DNA of 64,000 nucleotides from Anaeromyxobacteraceae bacterium (GCA_032654565.1 JAULAX010000005.1:160001-224000), one strand, 5' to 3'; shown: positions 1-10,619, numbered from the stretch's first letter. Made by a program: numbers and translations. The notes: generated from the sequence alone by a model not told the origin.

Positions 1-258
1 CAGCTGGTACTTCTCGCCGAACTTCTTCTGCGCCGGCGGGGCGTCCTTGGAGACCCCCAGCACCGCCACCTTCAGCTTCTTGAAGGCGGCCACCTCGTCG
101 CGGAAGTCGCAGGCTTCCTGGGTGCAGCCCGGCGTCGAGGCCTTCGGGTAGAAGAACACCACCACCCGCTTCCCCTTGAAGTCCGAGAGCTTCACCGGCT
201 TCCCGTCCTGATCCGGCAGCGTGAAGTCCGGGGCCTTCTTTCCCACCTCGAGTGCCAT
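1..258 (-). CDS. bcp: Thioredoxin-dependent peroxiredoxin (BCP/PrxQ), runs off the window edge
   Basis: Manual translation [54 protein letters not shown] with the PxxxTxGC motif; GGAGG RBS upstream. Confidence 0.9.
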   Translation of the reverse strand, partial: MALEVGKKAPDFTLPDQDGKPVKLSDFKGKRVVVFFYPKASTPGCTQEACDFRDEVAAFKKLKVAVLGVSKDAPPAQKKFGEKYQL

Positions 259-544
259 GGGCACCTCCTGCCCTCAATCCTAGCCCCGGGGGGCCGATCC
301 CGCCCGTCCTCAGGGCCCTGCTCGGGGTGCGCCACCGCTCGCCTGGGGGCTGGCGAGCTCCGAGGTGGGTCCCGCGGGTCGAGGGGCTGTCATGGGCCCT
401 GGCCGGGGCCCCTGCGGCCGGCCGGCGCGGGCCAAAAAGGTGAGGGTCCAAGGCGGCTTGCGGCCGTGCCGCGGGCGTGTTAGATCGCCCGTCCCTGCTG
501 GTCCCTTGACCGGCGGGGGGCGACCCGAAGTGCGGGCGCCAGCC

Positions 545-646
545 ACACCACTACGCACACGCCCCGGCAGTGCGCTCCGGTGCTCGAGACGAGGTTCTCG
601 GGCTCTTCGCGCACGGCAGCTCCAGGGCGTGGTGGACACCAACCGG
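545..646 (+). ncRNA. rpsB 5' leader (t44-like structured RNA, S2 autoregulation)
   Basis: Nested stems cacgccc(558-564)/gggcgtg(625-631), gtgcgc(570-575)/gcgcac(609-614) and ctcgaga/tctcggg, directly upstream of rpsB and ending in ...aacc, as in known rpsB leaders. Confidence 0.65.
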
Positions 647-654
647 AGAAGACC

Positions 655-1701
655 ATGGAAGAGACCACACAGACCCCCGCCGTCGAAGCTCCCCCCGCCG
701 AGGTCGTCGCCGCCGACGCCCCGGCCGCCCCCGCCGCCGCCGCCGAGCCCACCATGGCCGCGGCCCTGACCAGCAGCGGCACCGCCATCAGCATGAAGCA
801 GCTGCTGGAGGCCGGCGTCCACTTCGGCCACCAGACCAAGCGCTGGAACCCCAAGATGAAGCCCTTCATCTTCGGCGCCCGCAACGGCATCTACATCATC
901 GACCTGCAGAAGACGGTCGGCCTGGCCCGCAACGCGCTCCGCTTCGTCTCCGACGCCGTGGCCAAGGGCGGCACCGTGCTCTTCATCGGCACCAAGAAGC
1001 AGGCCCAGGACGCCGTCCGCGAGGAGGCCTCCCGCTCCGGCCAGTACTTCGTCACCAACCGCTGGCTGGGCGGCACGCTCACCAACTTCAAGACCATCAA
1101 GACCGGCATCGAGCGGCTCAAGACGCTGGAGAAGATGAAGGAGGACGGCACCTACGACCGCCTCCCCAAGAAGGAGGTCGCCTCCAACGAGCGGGAGCGC
1201 GAGAAGCTGGAGAAGAACCTGGGCGGCATCAAGGACCTGGCCCGGCTGCCGGCCGCCATCTTCGTCATCGACACCAAGAAGGAGCACATCGCGGTGCACG
1301 AGGCCAACCGGCTCGGCATCCCGGTGGTGGCGGTGGTCGACACCAACTGCGACCCCGAGGGGATCGACTACGTCATCCCCGGCAACGACGACGCCATCCG
1401 CTCCATCCGGCTCTTCACCGGCAAGGTCGCCGAGGCCTGCATCGAGGGCAAGTCGCGCCACGCCAGGTGGGTGGCCGAGCACGGGGTCCAGGAGGACCGC
1501 GGCGGTGACGACCGCGACGCCGCCAGCGAGCGCGGCTCCAAGGATCGCCGCGACCGCGGCGCCCCCCGCGGCGGCCAGCGCCGCGAGCGGCGTGACGACC
1601 GCGGCGCCGCCAGCGCCAACGTCGAGGTGCTGCGCAAGGGCGAGGTGGCCCCGGCCGTCGCCGTGGCCGTCGTCCCGGCCCCCGAGGCGGCGCCGGAGTA
1701 G
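655..1701 (+). CDS. rpsB: 30S ribosomal protein S2 with low-complexity N- and C-terminal extensions
   Basis: [50 protein letters not shown] at 655 after GGAGAA. Confidence 0.97.
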   Translation: MEETTQTPAVEAPPAEVVAADAPAAPAAAAEPTMAAALTSSGTAISMKQLLEAGVHFGHQTKRWNPKMKPFIFGARNGIYIIDLQKTVGLARNALRFVSDAVAKGGTVLFIGTKKQAQDAVREEASRSGQYFVTNRWLGGTLTNFKTIKTGIERLKTLEKMKEDGTYDRLPKKEVASNEREREKLEKNLGGIKDLARLPAAIFVIDTKKEHIAVHEANRLGIPVVAVVDTNCDPEGIDYVIPGNDDAIRSIRLFTGKVAEACIEGKSRHARWVAEHGVQEDRGGDDRDAASERGSKDRRDRGAPRGGQRRERRDDRGAASANVEVLRKGEVAPAVAVAVVPAPEAAPE

Positions 1702-1796
1702 TCCGGAGCCCACCCGCAGCGTTTCCCACCCGGGGGCGGGCCATGAGCTGGCTCGCCCCCGCTGTACATCGGTTTCCGAAAGACGAGGACCACGAC

Positions 1797-2456
1797 ATGG
1801 CCGAGATCACCGCCAAGATGGTGCAGGAGCTCCGCGAGAAGACCGGGGCCGGCATGATGGACTGCAAGAAGATGCTCACCGAGGCCGGCGGCGACATGGC
1901 CAAGGCCGCCGAGCTGCTCAAGGCCAAGGGGATGGCCTCGGCCGCCAAGAAGTCGGGCCGGTCCGCCACCGAGGGGGCGGTGACCTCCTACATCCACCTG
2001 GGCGGCAAGATCGGCGTCCTCCTCGAGGTCAACTGCGAGACCGACTTCGCGGCCCGCAACGAGGCCTTCCAGGCGCTGGTCAAGGACCTGGCCATGCAGG
2101 TGGCGGCCGCCGCGCCGCTCTACGTCCGTCGCGAGGAGATCCCGGCCGAGGTGGTGCAGGCCGAGATGGACATCGTCAAGGCGCAGCTCCGCGAGCAGAA
2201 GAAGCCCGAGGCCATGCTGGAGAAGATCGCCGCCGGCAAGCTCGACCGCTACTTCTCCGAGGTGGTGCTGCTGGAGCAGCCCTTCGTGAAGGACGACAAG
2301 AAGAAGATCTCCGACGTGGTGGCCGAGGCGGTCGCCAAGATCGGCGAGAACATCCAGGTGCGCCGCTTCGCCCGCTTCGCGCTCGGCGAGGGGCTGGAGA
2401 AGAAGGTGGAGAACTACGCCGAAGAGGTCGCCAAGGCCGGCGGCGCGGTCAATTAG
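1797..2456 (+). CDS. tsf: Elongation factor Ts (short form)
   Basis: MAEITAKMVQELREKTGAGMMDCKK, EVNCETDF, RRFARFALGE; follows rpsB. Confidence 0.97.
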   Translation: MAEITAKMVQELREKTGAGMMDCKKMLTEAGGDMAKAAELLKAKGMASAAKKSGRSATEGAVTSYIHLGGKIGVLLEVNCETDFAARNEAFQALVKDLAMQVAAAAPLYVRREEIPAEVVQAEMDIVKAQLREQKKPEAMLEKIAAGKLDRYFSEVVLLEQPFVKDDKKKISDVVAEAVAKIGENIQVRRFARFALGEGLEKKVENYAEEVAKAGGAVN

Positions 2457-2491
2457 CCTACCCGTCCGGCCGCGGCTGGCCTGAAGCGAGA

Positions 2492-2534
2492 TGCCCCGAC
2501 CCCGCGACGTGCGCGGATAGGGGCGTTGTCGTTT
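2492..2534 (+). terminator. Probable intrinsic terminator after tsf
   Basis: GC hairpin gcccc...ccgcg/cgcgg...ggggc followed by gttgtcgttt. Confidence 0.45.
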
Positions 2535-2594
2535 CGACCGGAGACCCTGCGTTGCCCCGCTTGCGTTCCCCAGGCCTGCTGACAGACTTCGCTC

Positions 2595-2676
2595 GTGAGC
2601 CCGACGGTCTTCGTCAGCGGACGCTAAGGAGCGAAGTCATGAAATCGTCGCCGCGTGGTCGGACCACTTCCGCTGA
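2595..2676 (+). pseudogene. Internally deleted DUF4160-family gene remnant
   Basis: The N-terminus VSPTVF and the C-terminus KERSHEIVAAWSDHFR* are in different frames with most of the gene missing; overlaps the start of the DUF2442 gene, as these pairs usually do. Confidence 0.55.
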
Positions 2677-2928
2677 GATCAGCCACATCAGCCGTTCGGC
2701 ATCTGGGTGCTCGTCGATCGCCGCGAGTACTTCCTGGGCTACGACGATTTCCCCTGGTTCCGCGGCGCCACCGTCGCCCAGCTCCACGCCGTCGAGCGCC
2801 CGCACCGCCAGCACCTTCGCTGGGCAGACCTGGACGTCGATCTCGAACTGGCTCGCATGGCCATCCCCGAGCGGTTTCCGCTGGTGAGCCGGCCCAGGTC
2901 GGCGCGGCTCGCTGCGCGCGCCTCCTGA
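2639..2928 (+). pseudogene. DUF2442-family protein with a 1-nt frameshift near 2692
   Basis: MKSSPRGRTTSAEISHIS, then the frame shifts to FGIWVLVDRREYFLGYDDFPWFRGAT...HLRWADLDVDL...PERFPLVS. Confidence 0.65.
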
Positions 2929-3008
2929 CTCGGCCGCGGACTAGGAGAAGAAGGGTCGCCGACATCGTCGCCGAATAGGTCGCCAAGGCTGCCGGCGCGG
3001 TCGCGTAG
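2929..3008 (+). repeat. Degenerate direct repeat of the tsf 3' end
   Basis: ctaggagaagaagggtcgccgacatcgtcgccgaataggtcgccaaggctgccggcgcggtcgcgtag versus tsf 2394-2456 ctggagaagaaggtggagaactacgccgaagaggtcgccaaggccggcggcgcggtcaattag. Confidence 0.75.
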
Positions 3009-3456
3009 GGCCGCGCGGCCCCGAGCGCTCGGCCGCCGCGAGGTAGGCCTGGACGTGGCTGGCGAAGTCCCGGAAGTCGGCCAGCCGCTCGTTCAGGATC
3101 CGGTGCACCACGCCTGGATCGACCTCCAGGTACCCGTGGACCAGGACGTTCCTGAAGCCGGCGACGCTGCGGAACCGGCGGGCGAAGTCGGTGGGGAGCA
3201 CCGCCAGCTCGGCCATCCGATCGATGGCGCTGGCGTAGTCCGGTACGTCCCGCCCCGCCGCGGCCGCCAGGTGGGTGGCGATGTCGAGGCAGTTCTGCAC
3301 GCAGAGCTGGAGACCCCGCTCGATGGCCCAGCGCTCGTCCAGGTCCGCGAGCGCGGCCTGGCTCCGTCCCGCGTGGCCACCGAGCTGCAGGCTGGCGCGG
3401 TCGAGCGCCGCCAGGTGGCGTCGGACCATCGCCGCGTCGAGGTTTCCCGGGCTCAC
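2941..3456 (-). CDS. HepT-like (DUF86/HEPN) toxin
   Basis: RNVLVHGY (RX4HXY HEPN motif) and AIERGLQLCVQNCLDIATH; coupled to the upstream nucleotidyltransferase. Confidence 0.85.
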   Translation of the reverse strand: MSPGNLDAAMVRRHLAALDRASLQLGGHAGRSQAALADLDERWAIERGLQLCVQNCLDIATHLAAAAGRDVPDYASAIDRMAELAVLPTDFARRFRSVAGFRNVLVHGYLEVDPGVVHRILNERLADFRDFASHVQAYLAAAERSGPRGPTRPRRQPWRPIRRRCRRPFFS

Positions 3457-3893
3457 CGGCCGAACTCCCCCTGCTCGATGCGAGCCGCCAGCACCGGGTC
3501 GATCTTGGCGAGCTGTGACTTGAAGTCACAGTAGCGGGAGAGCGCGGCCCCCTCCCGGGTCGTGGTGGCGCGCAGGTCCCGGGCCAGCAACCGCACGCCG
3601 TCACGCAGGACCCGGTGGTAGAGCAGGGGCGGCGCCCGGTTGAGCACCACGACATCGACCCGGTCATCCCCCAGCGCCGCCATCAGCTCGGTCGCCAGCC
3701 CCGCCTCATAGCCGTAGGGGGACTCCGGCTCCCGTGAGAGGTACACGGCGACATCGAAGTCACTGTGGCCCTGGGCCTGGCCACGGGCTCGCGAGCCGAA
3801 GAGGTAGCCCTCCGCCACCTCGGGACGCGCCCCGAGGACCTGCGTCAGCTGGCCACGCATCATGTCGGCGGCGGGATCCATGGCGGTCAGCAT
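3453..3893 (-). CDS. MntA-like minimal nucleotidyltransferase antitoxin
   Basis: YLFGSRARG...SDFDVAV (GSX10DXD) and VDVVVLN; 4-nt overlap with the HEPN gene. Confidence 0.85.
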   Translation of the reverse strand: MLTAMDPAADMMRGQLTQVLGARPEVAEGYLFGSRARGQAQGHSDFDVAVYLSREPESPYGYEAGLATELMAALGDDRVDVVVLNRAPPLLYHRVLRDGVRLLARDLRATTTREGAALSRYCDFKSQLAKIDPVLAARIEQGEFGR

Positions 3894-3953
3894 GTGCCTG
3901 GCCGACCTCGACGCGCAAGTCGGGCGCGGCGGCGTCGCCCCGGGACGGCGTGA

Positions 3954-5633
3954 CTACCGCTTGCTGGCGATGATCAGCACCACGAAGAGGGTGTTCTTGC
4001 CGAGCCGGGGGTGCCGGCCCAGCGCCCCGCCCAGCCCCACCAGCTTGCCCCGGGCCAGCGCGTTGGGATCCTCGGCGAAGTCGGCCAGGTCGATGCGGGA
4101 GTCCACCATGAAGACCACGTCGCGGTACCCCCGCTGCAGCGCCTTGACCAGCTCGTCGGTCCTGGCCTTGGGCGGCGGCCCGCCGGCGCCCGCCACCACG
4201 GCGGCGTAGTCGCTGGCCAGCTTCTCCAGCACCGGGTCGGTGGCGAGCGCGCCCAGCTTCTCGGCGGCCCGCTTCTTGTCGATGGCCTCGCGGATGGTCC
4301 GCCGGGCGGCCGCCACGTCGGGCGGCGCCTGCAGCTTGATGAAGAGCTGGGTCAGGTAGACCACCGGCTTGCCGTTCTGGTCGGTGCCGATGGCCACGCC
4401 CTGGCCGGCGTGGGTGACTTCGGTGGACATGATGTCGCCGCGGGCGCTGGGGCTGTTCATGAGCCGGTCGAAGGCCACCTCGCCGTTGTAGGCCGCCGAG
4501 GGGTTCTGCAGCACCACCGGGGCCTGGATGTCGGCCGCGCCCAGCCGCTGCATGGTGTTGACCGGCACCATCACCGCCCCCTTCTTGGCGCCGTCGCGCA
4601 TCGAGTTGGAGATGTCCCGGGCGATGGTGCCGAGCGGCTCGGACCAGGTGAACGCCGGCAGGCCGGCCGCGGCCCGCTCGGCGTCGACCAGCTCACGCAT
4701 CTTGCGCTCCTGGGCGTCGGCCTCGAGCGGCCAGGGGGCCGGGGGGGCCACCGGGGCCGACCGCGCCAGCTCGGTGGCGCAGGCCACCGTGAAGGCGCCG
4801 ATGATCCGCTCGTTGCCCATCTCCTCGCCGCGCACCTCCACCACGATGCGCCCGGGCCGGGGCCCACAGGCCAGCTCGGCCTTGAAGGCCTTCCCGGGCG
4901 GCTGGGTCAGGGTGGCGAGGCGCCCCTGGGCGTCGGAGACCAGCACCTTGGGGTTCTCCAGGTCGCCGGCCAGCGTGCCGGAGAGCGCGGCCTTCTGGCC
5001 AAGCTCGAGGCGGCGGGGCAGCGGCTCGAGCTGCAGGGAGTCGCTGTAGAGGGCCATGACCACCCTGGACTTGGCCACCGTGGCGTCCTGGATGGCCCGG
5101 TCGCCGCCCCGGCGGCTGGCCACCAGCTGGGCCGCCATGCCGTAGCGCGGGCCGGTGACCCGGGCCCCGTAGCTCTGGATGGTCTCGGCGAGCGAGTCGG
5201 CGATGCGCCGCGGGTCGTCGGTCTCCAGCGTCACCAGCACCAGCTCGGGCGACCCGGCGGCCAGGCCGAAGGTGCGGCCCAGGAAGGCGCGGAGGTGGGG
5301 CGGGACCTCCTCGGAGGGCCAGGTCAGCATGGCCTCGGCCACGGCGCAGAGCCGCCCGTCGGACGGGACCTCCACGGCGCCGCGGTCCTTGACCGTGGCC
5401 GCCAGCATGGCCTCCACCTCGCCGTAGACGCCGCCGACCGGGCAGGTGCGGGCCGGGTTGGGGCCGAAGCTCTCTGCGGCCGCCCTGGCCGGGGTGAGCT
5501 GCCCGTCGGAGATGGCGGCCGGGACCCGCCGGTTGGCCTCGGCGGTGGCCAGGGTGGCGCAAGCGGAGAGGAGCACCAGGGCGAGTGCCGCGGGGACCAG
5601 CGGGGAGCGACCGATGCGGGAGCGTGAGGTCAT
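3954..5633 (-). CDS. Lipoprotein with CAP/SCP-like domains
   Basis: Lipobox LLSAC; ELVDAERAAAGLPAFTWSEPL...ARGDIMSTEVTHAGQGVAI is CAP-like, with a second degenerate copy at the C-terminus. Confidence 0.6.
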   Translation of the reverse strand: MTSRSRIGRSPLVPAALALVLLSACATLATAEANRRVPAAISDGQLTPARAAAESFGPNPARTCPVGGVYGEVEAMLAATVKDRGAVEVPSDGRLCAVAEAMLTWPSEEVPPHLRAFLGRTFGLAAGSPELVLVTLETDDPRRIADSLAETIQSYGARVTGPRYGMAAQLVASRRGGDRAIQDATVAKSRVVMALYSDSLQLEPLPRRLELGQKAALSGTLAGDLENPKVLVSDAQGRLATLTQPPGKAFKAELACGPRPGRIVVEVRGEEMGNERIIGAFTVACATELARSAPVAPPAPWPLEADAQERKMRELVDAERAAAGLPAFTWSEPLGTIARDISNSMRDGAKKGAVMVPVNTMQRLGAADIQAPVVLQNPSAAYNGEVAFDRLMNSPSARGDIMSTEVTHAGQGVAIGTDQNGKPVVYLTQLFIKLQAPPDVAAARRTIREAIDKKRAAEKLGALATDPVLEKLASDYAAVVAGAGGPPPKARTDELVKALQRGYRDVVFMVDSRIDLADFAEDPNALARGKLVGLGGALGRHPRLGKNTLFVVLIIASKR

Positions 5634-5795
5634 GGGTTCGGGTTCCTGGTGCGCGGGGTCGTTCAGGGTTGGCGGGCGCCGGTCGGGCGCTCGTCCGTCC
5701 AGGGCCGTGGGCCCCGGGGCGGGCGGATTCTCCCGTCTCGGACCCCGGGGTGCAAGCGGCACGTGGCGGCCGGGCCAGGCCGGACAGGTCCCCCT

Positions 5796-5846
5796 GAAAA
5801 GAGAGAGGCCCTGGCCGCGCCCCGTGGTGGGGGCGGCCAGGGCCTC
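5796..5846 (-). terminator. Intrinsic terminator downstream of the DUF11 gene
   Basis: 14-bp stem gaggccctggccgc/gcggccagggcctc followed by tctcttttc on the minus strand. Confidence 0.7.
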
Positions 5847-5868
5847 GGAGGCTACGAACGATCCGGTG

Positions 5869-6939
5869 CTACGCCGTGCGGCGACGGCGGAACGCCATGA
5901 GCAGCGCGGCGCCCACCATCAGCAGGGCGGTGGGGCCGCCGGCGCCGGCCGAGCTGCAGCCGGTGGCCGACTGGGTCACCTCGGTCCGCATGCCGGAGCT
6001 GTTGTTGCCCAGATCCAGATCCCTGGTGAGAAGCGCAGAAGCCAGCTTCATGGTTCGCGCCGGCAGCGGCGGAACCGTGACGGCGGTGTTCGGGATCTTG
6101 CGCGCCAGGGTGACGCCGTTCGGGTGGTACAGGCTGACGGCGTCCGACGCCATGCTCGGGATCGAGTAGGTCTTGGTGAAGGTGACCGAAGCGGCCGCGG
6201 CGATGTCGCCGAGCTGACAGCCGTCGCCCTCGACGTCCTTGCCATCCGGCGGGGTGTTGAGGCACGTCCAGGTAGCGCTGACGAACGGTGAGCTTCCGTA
6301 AGCATCGCTGAGCACCCACACGTCCTGGGACGTGCACGGCCCGTGGTTGGTCACGGTCACGTTGTAGACGACGTTCTGGCCAACGGCGGCGGTCGCCGGG
6401 CCGGTGAAGTCCACCGAGATGTCGGCGAAGACCAGCGGAACGTCGACCGGGGTGATGGTGGCGGCGTTGTTGGCGGTGACCGCATCGACCGAGGTCGAGC
6501 TCACCGTCACGGTCAGGGGATCATAGGTCGTGGTGACCCCGCACGTCGTCGGAAGCGGATCCGGCAACGCGAGCTCGGTGTTGATGGTGACGTCCGCCGT
6601 GAAGGTGTCGGTGATGTCCGGCACGGTGCAGGGGAAGAAGTTCCCCGCGGCCGCGGCCGTCGTCGTCGGGGTGCACCCGTCGACGCTGGTGACCTTCAGT
6701 CCCTTGGCAGCCCAGGTGGTCGGGATGGTCGAGTTGACCGTGATGCCGGTGGCGTGGTTGGGGCCGTTGTTGGTGATGGTGGCAACGAACGCCTTGGTGC
6801 CGCCGTACTTGACGGCGGTGGCGGTAGCGAACGTCACTCCGAGATCCGCGTCCAGTGCGACAGCAGGGGCCGCGGCCGCGCCGGCCGACAGCATGAGGCC
6901 CGCGAACACCGTCCGCAGAGCAAGCTTCAAGTTGCGCAT
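5869..6939 (-). CDS. Secreted protein with two DUF11 Ig-like domains and a MYXO-CTERM-like anchor
   Basis: Signal peptide; ADLGVT...ITNNGPNHA and ADISV...VTNHGP; C-terminal GCSSAG + hydrophobic helix + RRRR. Confidence 0.75.
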   Translation of the reverse strand: MRNLKLALRTVFAGLMLSAGAAAAPAVALDADLGVTFATATAVKYGGTKAFVATITNNGPNHATGITVNSTIPTTWAAKGLKVTSVDGCTPTTTAAAAGNFFPCTVPDITDTFTADVTINTELALPDPLPTTCGVTTTYDPLTVTVSSTSVDAVTANNAATITPVDVPLVFADISVDFTGPATAAVGQNVVYNVTVTNHGPCTSQDVWVLSDAYGSSPFVSATWTCLNTPPDGKDVEGDGCQLGDIAAAASVTFTKTYSIPSMASDAVSLYHPNGVTLARKIPNTAVTVPPLPARTMKLASALLTRDLDLGNNSSGMRTEVTQSATGCSSAGAGGPTALLMVGAALLMAFRRRRTA

Positions 6940-7045
6940 CGTGATTCCTCCCAGCTCAGGTGGCGACTTCTTGGGTTCGATGTGGATGAACGTCATATGG
7001 GTTTCCAGAGCGGAGGGGCGACCTCGCCCCCCCGCCCCCGGTGAG

Positions 7046-10000
7046 CTAGAAGCTCTGCGTGACGCGGGCGTAGTAGAAGCGCCCCGCGTAGCCGTACGCG
7101 CTCGGATCGGCCGAGTAGTTGGCGGCGGTGTAGATCGGCGGCGGCTGCGTATCCAGGAGGTTCTGCATGCCGACCGACAGCCCGGTCTTCCCGGCCGAGG
7201 ACTTGAAGTTGTAGCTGACGTAGGCGTCGGCGGTCAGGTAGGACTTGACCTGGCGCGCCCCGACGGGATCGGAGGAGCAGACCAGGCTCTCGCACTCCTT
7301 GAAGGAGCCGATGTAGCGGCCGCTGAGCCCGGCGCCGAAGCCCTCCATGCCCCAGATGACGCCGGCGTTCCCCTTGAAGGCCGGGAGGATGCCGAGGTCG
7401 TAGTTGCTCTTGCCCGAGATGACCGTGCCGTCGGCCTGCGTCAGCCGGTAGTACTGGAGCAGCGTGCCGTCCACCACGAAGGTGAACTGCCCGGCCACGC
7501 CGGTCTGCAGGTTGTAGCGGGCCGCCATGTCCAGGCCGGCGGTCTTGCTGCCGCCGGCGTTGGAGAGGGCGTCGTCGATCCGGATGATGAGGTTGTCGGC
7601 GTCGCGGTGGATGCGGGCGCAGTCCGAGGCGATGCCGGAGGCGTAGCAGCCCTGGAGGATGACGCCGGCCCCCTGGTAGGTGACCGTCTTGGTGAGGTCG
7701 ATCACGTAGTAGTCGAACGTGAGGGAGAGGTTCGGCACCCAGCGGGGCTCGATGATGGCGCCCAGCGTGAAGATCTTGGCCGTCTCCGGCTTCAGGTTCG
7801 GGTTGGCGCCCTTCTTGGTGAGGAACTGCAGGGCGGTGTCACCGTTGCTCGCCGCCGTGCCGCAGTTGCCGGCCACGCTGTCGCCGTTGGCGCAGGGGTC
7901 GCCGGTCGGCACGAAGTCGTAGCTGTCGCTCAAGCCAGAGGCGAAGAGCTCGCCGATGTTGGGGGCGCGGAAGGCGGTGGAGTAGGTGCCGCGGAGGACC
8001 AGGTCCCGGACCGGGGCGTAGCGGGCGCCGACCTTGTAGGTGCTGTCGCTGCCGAAGGTGGAGTACTTGAAGGCCCGCATGGCCAGCGAGAGCTCCAGGT
8101 CCTGCACGAAGGGCATGTTGCTGATGAGCGGGAGGTTGAGCTCGCCGTAGGCCTCGGTGACGTTGAAGCCGCCCGGGGTCGAGCTGGGCGTTGTTGTCGG
8201 AGCCCATGTTGGCTGCATTGAACGGGTTGACGATCTGGGCGCCCAGACGTGGTCCGGTACTCGGCACCGACCGCGATGGCGGCGGGACGGTCGGCCTTGA
8301 TGGTGAAGAGCTCACCGGTCAGGTTGGCGGCCCATGCGGCCATGTTGGTGAAGCCCTTATTGGGGCCGGTGAAAGTGAGGCCGGCGACCTGATTGGCCGG
8401 GGCCGGGCCCTGGGGAGGAGGTTGAGCGGGATGCAGCCCGGGATCGGCGTGGTGTAAGTGGCGTCGGAGTAGCAGATCCCGTTCCGCGACGGGCCGAGGG
8501 CGGCGGCCACCAGATCGCCGCGGACGGCGCCGGCGACGGTGTCGGTGCCGCTAGTGCGCCCGAAGGTATAGGACGCGTCCCAGTACCAGTTGGAGATGTT
8601 GCCGTTCAGGCCGGCGACCATCCTGATGGTGTCGGTGTCCTGCGACTCGACCCGGTTGCCCAGGTTAATGAGCCGGCTCTGCGACCATAGGATGTCCTGG
8701 CCGAACGGATTGTACTGACTCGCGGCCGAGATGACGGTGCCGTTGGGTCCGATGTACGGCGGGAGCAGGGGCACCGGCGCCAGCTTCTGATCGGTGCGGC
8801 GGTTCATGAAGGAGCCTTCGAAGTAGAACTTGGCGTAGTCATTCAGCTTGTAGTCGCCGGAGGCGAAGAAGTTGAACCTCTGCGAGGGCGTGTAGAGGTA
8901 GTTGAAGGGGGCGTAGTTCCAGGTCGAGCCAGCCGGAACGTAGCCGCCGGTGGCGGTGGCCGTCGGGTTGTACTTGAGGTACTGCACGCCGTCGCCGTAC
9001 GCGGCGTTGAGCGTGCGGCAGAGGTCGCCGGCGGGGGTGCCGGCGGCGGGGCAGGTGGCGAGCGTGGTGTCGACTTCGAAGGCGCCGTCCGGAGTGGTGC
9101 CGGAGCCGAGCTTCCTGATCACGCCGGTGCGGTAGTTGGCGCCCAGCGCGTTCTCGGAGAACGCGCGGTCGCCCGCCCACACCGCCTCCTGCTTGGTGAA
9201 GCTGGTTGTGAAGAGGATCGAGCCCCTGTCGTTGGCGGTGCCGAAGGTGCCGCTGACGTCGTAGGTGTTGCCGTCGCCCTTGCCGGAGGTGCCTGCGTAG
9301 GCGTTGAACTCGGCGCCGGAGAAGTTCTTGCGGGTAATGACGTTGACCACGCCGCCGATGGCGTCGGATCCGTAGACCGCCGAAGCGCCGTCCTTGAGGA
9401 CCTCGATCCGTTCGATGGCCGAGGCCGGGAGGGTGTTGAGGTCGACGACCGAGTTCGCGCCGGCGCCACCCGGCACCCAGCGCCGGCCGTTCACCAGCAC
9501 CAGGGTGCGGCCCGCGCCGAGGCCGCGGAGGCTGATCTGCACGGTACCGTCGCCTCCGTTGTTGTTGCCGCGGCCGAGGGCGCCGGACTGCTCCGGGAGG
9601 GTCTGGAGGAAGTCGCCAATGGAGACTTGGCCGCTGGCAGTGATCTGCTCACGGCTGACGACCGCGACAGGCGCGGCCGTGGTCAGATCCTTGCGGCGGA
9701 TGCGCGAGCCGGTGACCACCACCTCCTCGAGCTGGACCGCCTCCGGGACCACGGCCAAGTTGGCGCGGAGGGTGACGTTCTCACCCAGCAGGAGGTCGCC
9801 GCGCGTCTCCGGCTTGTAGCCGTCGATGCTGGCCTGGAGCTTGTACTGTCCGGCAGGGAGGCCCGAGACGGTGAACGAGCCCCGACCGTCGGTGACGGCC
9901 GTCTGCTGGCCGGGGACGGAAGGGCTGGTCGCGACGACGAGGGCGCCAACGACCGGCTTGCCGGTCGCGCCGTCGGTCACCACGCCGGTGATGGAGCCGG

Positions 10001-10070
10001 TGGACTGCGCAGACGCCACGCCGGTGAAGAGCAGCGCGAGCGTCGCGAGCCGAAGCAACTTCTTCATCAT
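7046..10070 (-). pseudogene. TonB-dependent transporter with an N-terminal carboxypeptidase-regulatory-like domain, broken by at least 3 frameshifts in 8180-8420 (pseudogene or sequencing error)
   Basis: Signal peptide, LEEVVVTGSR, RTLVLVNGRR, IERIEVLKDGASAVYGSDAIGGVVN, NPNLKPE and terminal GRFYYARVTQSF; the middle segments are spread over several frames. Confidence 0.8.
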
Positions 10071-10176
10071 GATTGCCTCCAGGGAGAGTTCACTCAGACA
10101 GTCGCCGATCGGGGGGTTACGCAATGGGCAGGACGCCTCTTGCGCGGGATTCGGTCGGCGGGGTGAATTTTGTAGC

Positions 10177-10206
10177 TTTGTAGGTGTCGTGTGTCGGGAA
10201 TGTCAA
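10177..10206 (-). promoter_or_regulatory. Candidate sigma70 promoter for the TBDT
   Basis: TTGACA (10206-10201), 18 nt, TACAAA in an AT-richer intergenic region. Confidence 0.4.
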
Positions 10207-10518
10207 GACAACATCGGCCGTTGTAGCCAAATGGCCTGCACGCCGCCGAGGCGTCCATCAGCCTGATATTCTGGCGAAATCCAAAACCACCCAAGATTTC
10301 CTAGCCTTGTCCGATCCACTTTTCAGGCCCCTTCACCCCGGGCGCGTGAATTCTGCGCGCACGATATTTTCCATGACGCACGCAGGCGCCCGGCATACCT
10401 CGGTGGGATGGACCGGGTCCGGCGCGACGGCCCGTTGAAATCGCACCGATCCGCTTGCGGGAGAGGGCGGAGAACCCGATCTGGTGGCAAGATGTCCGCC
10501 GGCCGGCGACAGGGCGGG

Positions 10519-10547
10519 TTGACAAGGTTTTTCGATCCGACTAGACA
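10519..10547 (+). promoter_or_regulatory. Candidate sigma70 promoter for tonB-exbB-exbD-exbD
   Basis: TTGACA, 17 nt, TAGACA. Confidence 0.45.
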
Positions 10548-10619
10548 GCCCGCTTCGTCCAGTTGATTTGGGCGTCAGAATTTCAGGCCGATCCCGGCGT
10601 CACGACCTGTGAGCGACGA

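Noticed and set aside
8180..8420. Programmed frameshifting or selenocysteine read-through in the TBDT
   Set aside because: At least three separate shifts would be needed, with no slippery heptamer and no single in-frame TGA to explain the break
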